Shown here: piece after piece, positions 1-10,896 of the stretch | How positions within the stretch are numbered: position 1 is the stretch's first letter | Layout: each line of letters opens with the position of its first letter | From: Dirinaria sp. TL-2023a | Lineage: Eukaryota | Direction of reading: 5' to 3' | Assembly (NCBI GenBank): GCA_051941275.1 | Contig: JAVEBF010000003.1 | Location: 1-64,000, forward strand | Length of the DNA stretch: 64,000 nt | The notes under the pieces: model-generated | Database searches by the model: none | Seen by the model: only the letters and a program-made list of their open reading frames with translations | Told to the model about the DNA's origin: nothing | Translations under genes and position numbers: made by a program

Positions 1-908
1 AGGTACACAGCGCTCTAATAAGTCCCTTTCAAAAAAAGAAGGAAAAAAAAAAAAAAAAAGGCCGAGCAGGGCTACAGTACAAGACTACAGGCAGGACAAA
101 CGCTGCAAAACAAGCAATGCCAGCCAGATCGATCAAACTATTGGCGTCTCTGGTCGCTGGGGTAGACGTAAAATTGGCCGGTTAATTGACACACACGCAC
201 ACACACACAGAGTGGCCGGATGTCACAAAGGGGCCGCCGGATAGCAGAGTCATAGTTTGGGCCAAATCAAATGGTCCATAATAATTTGCGTCCCCTCGAG
301 AATCCGGAACATATCATAGTTGACTCCCGTCGAAATGGCACCCTGCCCCGTTTCTCCCATCCTACCTTCCGTTAATTCCTCCCTTCCTTGCATCGATGAG
401 TGTCTTTGCTGGCAATAGATATCACTCCTGCTTCCTCCTCTCCTCTCGGATTCGTCTCAACCTTCACCCTGGCCAATCTACCACTACGATAAGCACCGCT
501 GGCACTATTTTGGAAGGATTGATCTGCCTCTGCTGAAGTGGGTCTGAAACACCTTGCCTATGAGGATACTACTCCACCATCATCCTCAGCCTGCTTGCCT
601 GACCTAAGTCTTCGTCCGTCCTATTACTCGATCAATCTCACCTGCATTTGCATTACCTCGGGGTCGATTTTTTTTATCTTCTCAACCACCTCAGCCCGCA
701 CAAGTTTTACGAACAACGCACACGCACACAGCCCAGCGCACAATCTAGGCGTGAGTCAGCTCAGCACCGTGTAATCGCGGACTTTATTTAAGTATATATA
801 ATCCCATAGCCCACGGTGTTTCGACATTTTCTTCACAGACCACCACTGACACTCTACCCAAGATTTCCAACCGCTTCTATGATCACCAGAGGACTCACAT
901 CACTCAAC

Positions 909-974
909 ATGGGACGAGGCGCATACGACACAACCGGCGTACCTAAGCCCAAACCACCACCAAAGCCCAAATAA
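909..974 (+). CDS. Candidate micropeptide MGRGAYDTTGVPKPKPPPKPK (21 aa; 31 aa if the in-frame ATG at 879 is used)
   Basis: ATG in strong CAACATGG context. Flanked by two canonical intron-like segments: 751-862 (GTGAGT..CTGAC..AAG) and 1132-1196 (GTGAGT..GCTAAC..CAG). No convincing longer ORF nearby. Confidence 0.5.
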   Translation: MGRGAYDTTGVPKPKPPPKPK

Positions 975-2417
975 TGCGTGGACGGGGCTTCCGCGTGGCT
1001 CCAAGGTCAACAAGCACACGGCCATCCCATCTCGACCATCACGCCATTGGCTGGGGCCAACGAGCGTCGTGAAGAGTCATATGTGTGTTTCGTTGTTGAT
1101 TTGGACAAGAGTTGATATGAATGCGCGCGAAGTGAGTGGACGCAGCTACCTTACACTACCGACCCTTGGCGAATCATGCTAACGTACGTAATCCAGGCTC
1201 ATACCTTAACCATCCGCACCACTCGTCGTCACCGCCCCTTACTCCATTTTCAGCTTTCGAAATTTTGCCATGTGTCATTTCGGTTTTTCTCGACATCCTA
1301 TAGACTGTACCACCACCCGAGGCCCTTGCCTAGACTGTATCACCACCATTCGTTAGCGATACCCCCGCATTCGCGCTATTGAGCGACTTTCCCCGGCATT
1401 TACAGGTTATGGATTTTTATTGCATCGCTATCAAGAATCATTGCAGGCGTTGGTCAAAAGATGGATCAGGGAAATACCACGATAGATTATTCCGCTTCAC
1501 GGCGACTTGCGACTTTTGGGGGAGGGGTTTAGGACTAATAGGGTTGGAGCTGGTTCTTTTTTGGGGGGCACTTTGCGCGGCTTGGCTTGGTCTTCTGTAG
1601 CGCTGGGAGTTTTTGCAGGCTTCATTGGCTTGAACAAGTGCAGAAGAGGATGCGAGCTGGGCTGGACCCACGTTTTGAGAGCCCTTTGAGGATATCGCGC
1701 TTCCTTTTCCATTAATAGAACATCGTCCAAGACGGGGACTACCTATCTAAACATTCGCCGATGCGTGTCGTCCCACCATTGACCAGGTGACTGATGCAAG
1801 AGTGCCCTTTTCCGGGAAACGGTGATAGCGACCATGATGTGATTCATACTTTTAATTAGGCAGCATCATCGGGCCATTATTATTGACCTGCTCGGGCAAT
1901 GGCTACTTTTCCAGTGTTGTGCCTAAGTGAAGTGCATGTGTGGAGAGATGACATGTTCGGCTTCAAGGTACGGGAAACTGCTTTTTCGCAATTAGCATAC
2001 CTTACCTTATGCCCAGCACCTATGACGAACACTCTGCAGCAGGCGCTTTCCGGGCCCTTCTGGAAGGCGCTAACGATTAGGTAAGGTACGAGTACTGGGA
2101 TGCCTTGAGGTGCCGTTCAAGTCTAAGTACCGAGTCTACCTACCTCCCTACATTGTACTGTACCTTATTCGCCAAGAGCATCACCTTCGCTTTCCACGCA
2201 GAATCATCCAATACGAGGAATCCACCACATCTGAAACCCTGCGTGGCATAAGCGGAACATTTAATTTGTGCTACGTTCTAGAATTCTGCCTGGCTTTCCT
2301 CCCGTGATACAAACTAACTAGTGCTCATCTTCCTCGCGTGGAATCCAGCTGAACAGGCAAGGCTGACGCTATCAACCTCGCTACTGTTACCAACCGGTGC
2401 TGTCCCCATCGGATACG

Positions 2418-3305
2418 ATGGCCGATACTGCTGCTCCACCGCCAAAGCCGAGCAGCAGTGTGAAGCTCGTTCTTCTCGGCGAAGCTGCCGTCGGCAAGGT
2501 AGGAATCTAGGCATCGCCAAATTTGCCCTGTTTGCTGCAGCTCCGTCTCAGACCCGCTGACCTACCATGCACCGCCAGTCCTCCCTCGTTCTTCGCTTCG
2601 TGAACAATGCTTTTCAGGAGAACAAAGAACCCACTATCGGTGGTACGTTACATCCATCACCCTGCTGTACGGATTACTCTCACACCGGCTGATGGTGAAA
2701 CAGCTGCCTTCCTCACTCAAAAATGCAACCTACCGCATCGGACCATCAAATTTGAGATATGGGATACGGCCGGACAGGAACGCTTCGCCTCCCTCGCGCC
2801 GATGTACTACCGGAATGCCCAGTCTGCTCTTGTCGTTTACGACCTTACCAAGCCGTCAAGTCTTGTCAAAGCCCGTCATTGGGTTGCAGAGCTGCAACGG
2901 CAAGCAAGTCCCGGGATTGTTATCGCGTTAGTAGGAAACAAACTTGACCTGACGGACGAAGAAAGCTCGGAAGCGAATACCAGTAACGAACGAGAAGAAC
3001 ACACGGGCACCGAAGCAGGCGAAGGGGACTTGGTGGGCGATGCTCGGAAGATCAGCACCAAAGAAGGCCGCGACTACGCCGAAGAAGAGGGTCTACTTTT
3101 CTTTGAGACGAGTGCGAAGTCCGGTGTCAACGTACAAGAAGTGTTCACCGCTATAGCCAACGCGATTCCTGAGACGCAGATGAAAAGCGCTCGTGGCCCA
3201 GGAGCTACAGGTGGGCCTCAGACAGCCTTAGGCTCAGGCTCAGAGAGAGTCAACCTTGCAGGTCCACGAGGTGAAGCCAGGGCGAAAGATGGCTGTGCAT
3301 GTTGA
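2418..3305 (+). CDS. vps21: Rab5-family (Ypt51/Vps21-like) small GTPase
   Basis: Exons 2418-2498, 2579-2642, 2704-3305 give KLVLLGEAAVGKSS, EPTIGAAF, WDTAGQERF, GNKLD, ETSAK and a C-terminal CAC (CXC prenylation motif). Confidence 0.93.
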
Positions 3306-3854
3306 TACACCTCGCAAAAGAATTGCTTGGTCGTGTCCAGGATTTGGCGAGACAGAAAATTTTGTGTCCATCGTCAGTTCACCTTGTTATTAAAGTCCTT
3401 CTAGCGTGTGATTTGTACTGCGAAGTATGGTATGAATTGGAGCGCAGCATGTATTGGGCTCGCACTGTCTACAATTAACCGGAAAGTCAACGGCCTTTCT
3501 GTTTTACCCTTAGAAGCCGTTCATGAGCTCGAGGTTCGGGACTTGGACAATCGGTAATTGATACTTAAGTCAGGCACGAAACGTGGCTGGTTGACCTTCG
3601 ATCACGACGCTGGCTAACGGTCTCCACGGCGCTGTAGAAAGCACCAACAAATGTTTCTACCAGGATGCGTTGCTCTGCTCTTTCTGTTGCACTGTTCTAA
3701 GTTCACCAGTCCGCGCTGAGCGTGTCTAAGCTGCTAAACATCTTGACTTGCCACAGCTCTAATAAAAAACAACTGACAACAAAAATTAGTGATCGATTAT
3801 CAAGTATTTATATCCGAAAGTCGCGTTTTATGTTCAGTCGGCACCGAGGCACCT

Positions 3855-4605
3855 TCAACCCCGGTAACGCTTGCTTTGCAGGAAGGCCGTTATGTTCGGC
3901 CGCTGTTCTACGGCATCAACAAGCTTTATCAGCCTTTGATAGCCTTTCAACCCCTTCCGGCCCTCCTGGGTCAAATTTTCATCGTGCAGTATCTGATATA
4001 GCACGATGTCCGAGTACGTAAACGTATTACCCACCACGAAGGGACCTCGAATCGAAATTTGTGAGGTTGAAAGGTGTGTTTCCATTGCTTTCAAATAATG
4101 GTTTCGCGCTGTGTCCTGATGCACGGCATACGTTCTTTCTCTGTCTTCACTGAAAAAGGCCTGGACGAACAGCGTCCTCCCTTGGCGAGTATCAGCATCC
4201 TCACGTCATATTCCCAATTGTCGAACGAAGGGGCCTACAGTCGATAGCGATGTCGCACATTGCATCAGCCCAGTACTTCTCATCGTCATTCGCCCCGTCA
4301 TACTTCCCCAACTGCCTCGCAAAATAGCGCAGTATAGCATAGCTTTGGGTTAGAACCTTCCCGTTGAGCTCCACGACGGGGACGTTGGAGGTGGGGTTCA
4401 GCTCGCTGATAATAGACTTCTTGTAGGAAGGATACTCGTCGAAACTGTAGCGCACATCGGTATACGCAATGCCGGCATCTTCCCACAAAAGGCGGACGGT
4501 CTGTCCCCGGCCACGGGAGGCGAAGTCGAAGTAATGGAGCGTGGGAACTCCACCGATGGCCTTGTTGGCAGCCCCGGAGGTCCCGACTGTTTCCCTTGTG
4601 GGCAT
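3855..4605 (-). CDS. Glutathione S-transferase (Tyr-type, sigma-like N-terminus)
   Basis: LHYFDFASRGRGQTVRLLWEDAG, NVPVVE..VLTQSYAILRY and the C-terminal FTYSDIVLYQ motif. One intron 4181-4238 (GTAGGC..GCTGAT..AAG) joins the two ORF-track fragments in frame. Confidence 0.88.
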
Positions 4606-5718
4606 TTGCACTGGCTTGTTGTCCTAACTTGTGTCCCAATATGTAGCTCTTCAGGACTTATTTTCTAAAAGTATTAGTTCAGTATAATAACTCGAATGGC
4701 GCTCATGGAGCCTCCCAGTCCCAGGGCTCAGGGTTATCGTGCGATTTATGATCGACGGTACCTTAGTGATGATGTCAAAGCGCGAAACCTTCACCGCTCA
4801 ACGCAAAAGCCGGAAGGGATTCTGGACTTCTTGCAGAGAACTAGAATACCTCGTGGATCAATAGAGTCCTTTCAGCTTCGGCAGTCGTGGTCGCTTGGCT
4901 AAACAGCAATAGCCGCTGTTTGGGAAGATATGGCCAGTACCTTACCTCGTCACAAGACTACGACGATACTACCTTAGTGTTTGCTCGTTGTTACTCAAAG
5001 GCAAGAAAATTGCTGTCGCAGATAATTATCCCATGTAAAGTGAGTTCCTTACTATCAATGTGCCTTACGGATTACTACTGGCACCCACGGGTGCTCATGA
5101 GTGTCGAATTTCGAGGTACAATTACATGGTACCTTGTACGAGTACTCGCACCTAAATAAGCGAAGGTTTGGGTACCTGCAATCGGGTACTCGTATGAGTA
5201 TGTACGAGTTACTAGGCTTCTCTAGGGGGAGTGAAACACACTCGAATAATTCTTCTAAGGCTATGGGTGGAAAAACTTCTGTCGTCGGAAGTTTCCCCAC
5301 GATCTAACTGAAGTTTGGAATCATGCCTTTCACTGCCTTATCTACCTTAGTGATGATATGTCTGTGCGCTTCTAATGAGGACAGTGAACCTGGAAGGAGG
5401 GGCAACCCACATGAGGGCAACGAGCGCCAGGCATCTAATTGAACTGTTCATGTCAAATTCCTGGGCTATCATCGACCACAGCAAAATCAAACTACAGGTT
5501 GAAATAATCTTGACAACGCATTGGGAAGCGAGTAGTCACTCCTAAAAAATTAGAAGGCGTGCCCTCCGACACATCGTCCATCTAACCCGCTCGAACAAGC
5601 AACAAGCTCCAAGTCATCCCACTGATAATTCAAGTCATCCGTCTCAAGCCAACCTTCCTTCTAATTGCATTATAGCACGTTGCTATAAGAGAAGTCCGAC
5701 AAAACCTCGATATGCGCG

Positions 5719-7349
5719 TCATCCTACAGCTAATTGAGTTCGGCCGCCATCTTGCGTCACCCTATTTCGAACTCGCATTTTGAGGTACCTTCCCCCAAGC
5801 CTATCGCTACTCAGCCTTCCGTCTTTGCCGCCTTCTTGCAAACCGAGTAATGCGGTTGGTGCAAACAGGAAGGCCTGACCCTTCTTGAGCGCTACAATCT
5901 GGTCGAACAGTTCTCTCATCTCTTGCCCCTGGTCATCTTTCAGCATCGATACGGCTGCTATGTGGTATTTGAGCATCTGCAGCCACTCCCAGGATCCGAA
6001 GCGATGCACAATGGTCATGGATGATAAGTCAAGTAGCTTCGGAGAGATCGTTGGCTCTTGAGTGGAAATAATCACTCGAGTAGCCAGATGACGCTGTTGA
6101 CGGATCACCGAGAGGAGAGACTCTGTGAAAGCTTGGGCAGAGCCGGTGCCCGTCAGGAACTGCTCGCATTAGCGATTGAAGCTGTCTCATTGCTGCAGGC
6201 GTACCTTATGCGCCTCATCCAGTGCGACGATGCGTCCCATACAATCGCCTTCATCACGCTTTTCTAGGAAGATGGCGAGGCACATATCGAACAGGGCGCA
6301 AACCAAGTCTTCGTCAACGAACGGGCAGCTCAGATCCACGATCGTCAAAGAGCCTGGTTCGAAGGCCCAAGTCTTTTCCGATTCTTTCTTCTTCTTATTC
6401 CGGGTTTTTGGTGTCTTCTTCCTTGGTTCCATGAAGCTTCTTAGGAGATCAAGTCGAATTTCAAGCAATGACCTCTGCTTTTGGTCAAATGGTGCGGCTT
6501 TAAGTCGCTCCTCGAACTCGTCATAGTCCAGTCCTTCGCTCGCTTCACGCGTCATAGCGACTTCGCGCAATACTTTGCTCACAACCTAAATGACGGTCAG
6601 CGGAATTTTTGATTATACTTGAGACATTTGCTTCATTTTCCGCTTTCAGCTTTTCGACTCACTTCCATGTATAATGGCGTTGGCGCGTCACCACTGTCCA
6701 TAGACATCAGTTTCTTCATTCTCCCAGCGTTTAGATGCCGGTCCTGGAGTTCAAGCGGCATCACGGTTGGTCGAGCCCCTTTTGGAAGCCCTTTTATTTC
6801 TGTGTAGGCTTTCACCATATTTTTAAGGTTGCTTGGGGATACCAACACCTTCACGGGTATACCTTCCGAGCAGAGGTATGCCGCTTCGCAGACTTGAGTT
6901 GCACCAAGTCCAGTGAATTTGTCATAATGAAACACCATACCAGCGAGTGGTTTTGGCAATTTTCCCAGTCGAGCTGGTGGCTCGGACTGCAAAAGCCCAT
7001 TTTCAAGTATGCATGATAGAGTGTGACTCTTCCCTGAGCCCTGAGAACCACAGATAAATGCTGACCATGGTGCATTCACATTGAGAAACAGGCGATTGTC
7101 TTCGCTCAAGTTAGGCTCCGTATCTGGTGTTACGCTCTTACAGGTGCTGATATGGTCTGCAAGCAAGCCGTACTGTGGCAGAAGGTTGAGTCGACCGAGT
7201 TCTGTTTCCTGATCGGTCGCAGCGCGGAGGACACTGGCCGAGAATATAGGTGCCGTCCCTGCTTCCTCCTTTGCCTCGGCCGCCTGTTTGTCCGTTTGAG
7301 CAGCGAGCAGCCAGTCATGGTACTCCTGTTCAGAGGTCCACTGTGCCAT
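5719..7349 (-). CDS. P-loop NTPase with HerA/FtsK/VirB4-like motif set, function unknown
   Basis: Walker A GSQGSGKS, Walker B IVALDEAHK and RQQRH..VIISTQEP. Introns 6586-6662 and 6160-6204 restore the frame. Probable 5'UTR intron at 7377-7446. Start codon tentative. Confidence 0.8.
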
Positions 7350-9193
7350 TTCCAAAGCAGTATTACCCACTGTCCTCTATTGAACTATTAGCACACATTT
7401 TTCGAGATCATTGCCATCGCCTCAGGGAAGTGTTAGTAAGGCATACTCGTCTCTAGTGTCGAAGCGGCAGGCACTGATCGCGAATCGGAAGAATTAATGT
7501 GTTGAATGCGTCAACAAAGACTAGTACAGACGAATCTGAGCCCCTTATGGACCCCGAATCGCCAGAATTTGGAGGTGGGTTGATTGTTTGTCGTGGCACT
7601 TTCTGATATGGATCCCGTAGCCGACTGGTGCTCCTTTACTGGGTACTACTTAAGCGTTGGACTCAAGCTGGTATAAATATCTTTACGTCCATCATCACGG
7701 AAAGCAGGAGCTGCAATCCCACCGTTGTTCCATCGGCAACCACCCGTGAAATCCTCCATCTGCGTCTGTCCGTCCATTACCTCATCACTTGTTCATATGC
7801 CAGAGCTCTTTGATTAATGCTAAAAGGTCATCAGCCAAGCAAACATACTACAAAGGAGACCTGGAAAGGTAGAACATTGGAGATTTTATTCTTATTATTG
7901 CGATGATTGTGTGAAAATAGATGCTAGGGAACTTTGAACTATCTTACCAAATCGTCCTTGTCTCTTTATCGAATGCTATGGACAGCATGCGCCGCTTTTC
8001 ACGCTTTCCTAATACTCTTTTTCGTGTTAGCAGATAATATCCAGCGAGTCAGGCTGGAAAGGACGCAACATTTAGAGCCGGGCCACAGGTGAGGTAAGAA
8101 CTTAATACAAAAAATAGTTCATTGAGCTCATTAACACCGCCCTAGCCAGTAAGATATTTGAAGCTTGAAATGGAACTTCAAGTCAATCCACCACCAACCC
8201 AACATGATTACCTCATTTCGTTAGGAAAGTCAGAGCCTCTGCAACATGAATGCTCTCGTTCCCCAATTTCTTATTAGAGCCTAATGTACGAGTACTCTTT
8301 CATCTCAACGACTAACCCACGCCTTGGTAGAGTTCTCGTTTCAAAGGCCTATTTAACACACCAGCAAGTTATGATGACGAAGTGTCAACGGACTAACAAC
8401 GGACTAGGCTAGCCACTAACGAAGAGGCGTTCGCGAAGCCGAACAGTCGTTGGAGTCTTATTAGATACTACCGGAAGAGGGAGCTTGAGAAAAGAATACG
8501 AATAGACCAATGCAAAAACAGCATGCTGAGGAATGAGCGCTCATTCTTGGGCACGAGGTATACCAACTGAAGAATGCGACTGTTGCCCACCTTCACGCTC
8601 TTGGCAAGATGTGAGGCCTGTGCTCAGGACTCAGAATACCGGGTGAAGGAATTAGTTGCCTTAGGACGGGCTGGATAAGGCGGTCATTCAGGACTGGAGG
8701 AAACTGACGGTCTGGAAGCTGGATTTGATGTGCCTTCGTGGGATATTCAAAGAAAGATGTCGTTTGGACAGGTGGAAGAGATAATTGCCCCGAATCGATA
8801 CGGGAGTTGTCTCGATAAGGGTTGAATCAAGTGCGGGCGGCAGTCAAGCGTGATACGTTGTTATCGGTGCGGAATAGTTTTGACGGCTGACTATGTCGAA
8901 TGGTGCTACACTATCAAAGCAAAGCTAGCCTTGGAAGGGGCTTCCATGGGTTTCCAGGCGTGGGAGGATAGCAATGAATTCAGTAGAGCGAATATGGCAG
9001 AACCAATGCAGATGTGCACGAATACAGATTAGGAGTACCTATTGAATGTCTCGATCCACATGCTAGTACCTCAAGCAGGCTCTAGAACCCATTCACCTGC
9101 TCACCAAGGCCTCGGAACGCGGCATAGGACCAGGTCGGGCAAAATAATAGTCTACAACCTCTCGAACGGTCACGGTGCCGCTGAAACTCGAGC

Positions 9194-10326
9194 TCAAGCA
9201 CCTTCCTCAGCCTTGATCTTCGCCTCGTATTCCGCAATATTGTTAACACCCTTCGGCATACCATTGGGCATTAGACCCTGCTCGTCCATCAACTTGTCTC
9301 TGCACTGCAAGGCCTTCTTGAACGAGTCTCTTGATACTATTCGATCGTGCTACGCATGCACATTAGGAAACTCCTTCAAAGGGTCCGAATCCGGCACTCC
9401 CATGGCCCTCCCCAATCTCTCGTTCCATGTCACGAACGCCAGATCCGCGAACGTGCACTTCTCTCCCACCAGCCATTGCTTCCCAGTCAGAGAGCGTTCT
9501 AGCACGCCGAGGATCCGTTTGACTTCATTGTCGTAGCGCTCCTGCGCTGACGGGAGTTTCTCGGGATGCAGCACATTGAACCTTTTCAGCAACCACAGAT
9601 TATCAGACGCACCGTGCGCGTTTCGAAGAGCATATGTATACGTGCTTAATAATAGGAATGACTGACCATGCGCACTGTCCATAATAAGGACCCTGCCCGC
9701 TCATCTGAAACATGAGCCATTGATTCAGAAGCTGTCTCTCGTGAAAGGACTCATATGTCAATTTCTTCCCCCGGTCATACTTCTCAATCAAATACAAGAT
9801 GATTGCACCCGACTCCCAGAGCGTGAGGTTGGTGTTGGGATCGATGATCGCTAATTAATTCTACGAGTCAGCTTTTTTATTGATTTGCATGCAATTGGGG
9901 GGCAACGACTTGTAGCGTGTGGATCACGTACCGGGAGCCCGGCCGTTGGGATTGATATCGATGAATGGAGGCTTCTTGATGTCCTCAAAACGGATCTATT
10001 TGATCTCGTACGGGATCTCGAGCTCCTCGAGAACGATGATGACCTGATAGAGAAGAAAGAACGAAAAAAAGTAAGAAAAAAGCCAAAAAAATAAAATCAA
10101 CCCGTCAACCCGGCCCTTGGGCTGGGATGAAGGATGGTCTATATATCTTACTTTCCAAGGATTAGGAACCGGCGCTGAAGTTTTCACAATTTTGTCAGCA
10201 AAAACACACACGTAGTAGGTAAGAAACTTACTCTGGCGTGAAAGGTAAGGTGGCTCGCTTTCATCGACTGTGCAAGAAAAGAAGAAGAGACTTACGAGAC
10301 ATCCATACTTCAATTGGCTTGGACAT
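9194..10326 (-). pseudogene. Ure2p/GstA-class glutathione S-transferase with two in-frame TAG stops
   Basis: Exons 10326-10296, 10174-10152, 10043-9932, 9850-9667, 9581-9194 give MSKPIEVWMSPPVPNPWKV..NPNGRAP..LWESGAI..FQMSGQGPYYGQ..FADLAF..LMDEQGLMPNGMPKG. TAG at 9996-9998 and 9350-9352. No frameshift and splice sites intact. Confidence 0.8.
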
Positions 10327-10896
10327 TGTCACAGGCACTGGATCAAATTGGATAGGGAAAAAATTTCCCCAGGTCAGATACACAAGTGAGAAAGTTTAGC
10401 AGCCACGGGACTGGTTGTTGGCTGTGTTGTTGTTATAGCAGAAAGAAAGCAAGGTTGGGGAAAAATTTTAGGGATTGCATTTCCGTTACATATGAAGGAC
10501 GCCTTCAATTCCTGCTTCATAATGAAACGACAAGGAATATTGGGTGAACAAGGTAGTTCCACTCCCTCCCCGGCGGGGTTATTGCGCGGCAAACAACGTT
10601 CTTGTGCTTAGGATCAGCATGGCGGAACATGCAAGTGCATGGGTTGGAGTGAATCCTCCGGTCAGGATAAAAGCATACATACAGAATGCATGGTAGATCG
10701 CAGTTGCAGGGTACATATGATGGATGCTTGAAGCAAGATCTTACCTTGTACCTAGAAGCGGCGAGTCTAAGTACCTTACAAACCAAGTGGAGGAGCCCTA
10801 CTTTGCGAATTCCAGCCGCGCTGTCTAGTATATTGAAACGCTTCGCCAGTCTAAAATATATCCCCCCCAAAACTCCCATCGCTCGATGCATCTTTT

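Noticed and set aside
7600..9150. Possible gene or transposon relic between the ATPase and the GST
   Set aside because: Only short ORFs with no recognisable motif and no terminal repeats.
9350..9998. Genome-wide TAG reassignment as an explanation for the GST stops
   Set aside because: TAG is the normal terminator of several intact genes here (palI, GPI2, CPD1, TOK1, aspE, anxC4, grg1).
10175..10295. Nested intron or 1-nt microexon in GST intron 1 (internal CAG-A-GTAAGT)
   Set aside because: Using the internal sites shifts the frame into an immediate TAA. A single 121-nt intron gives the expected protein.
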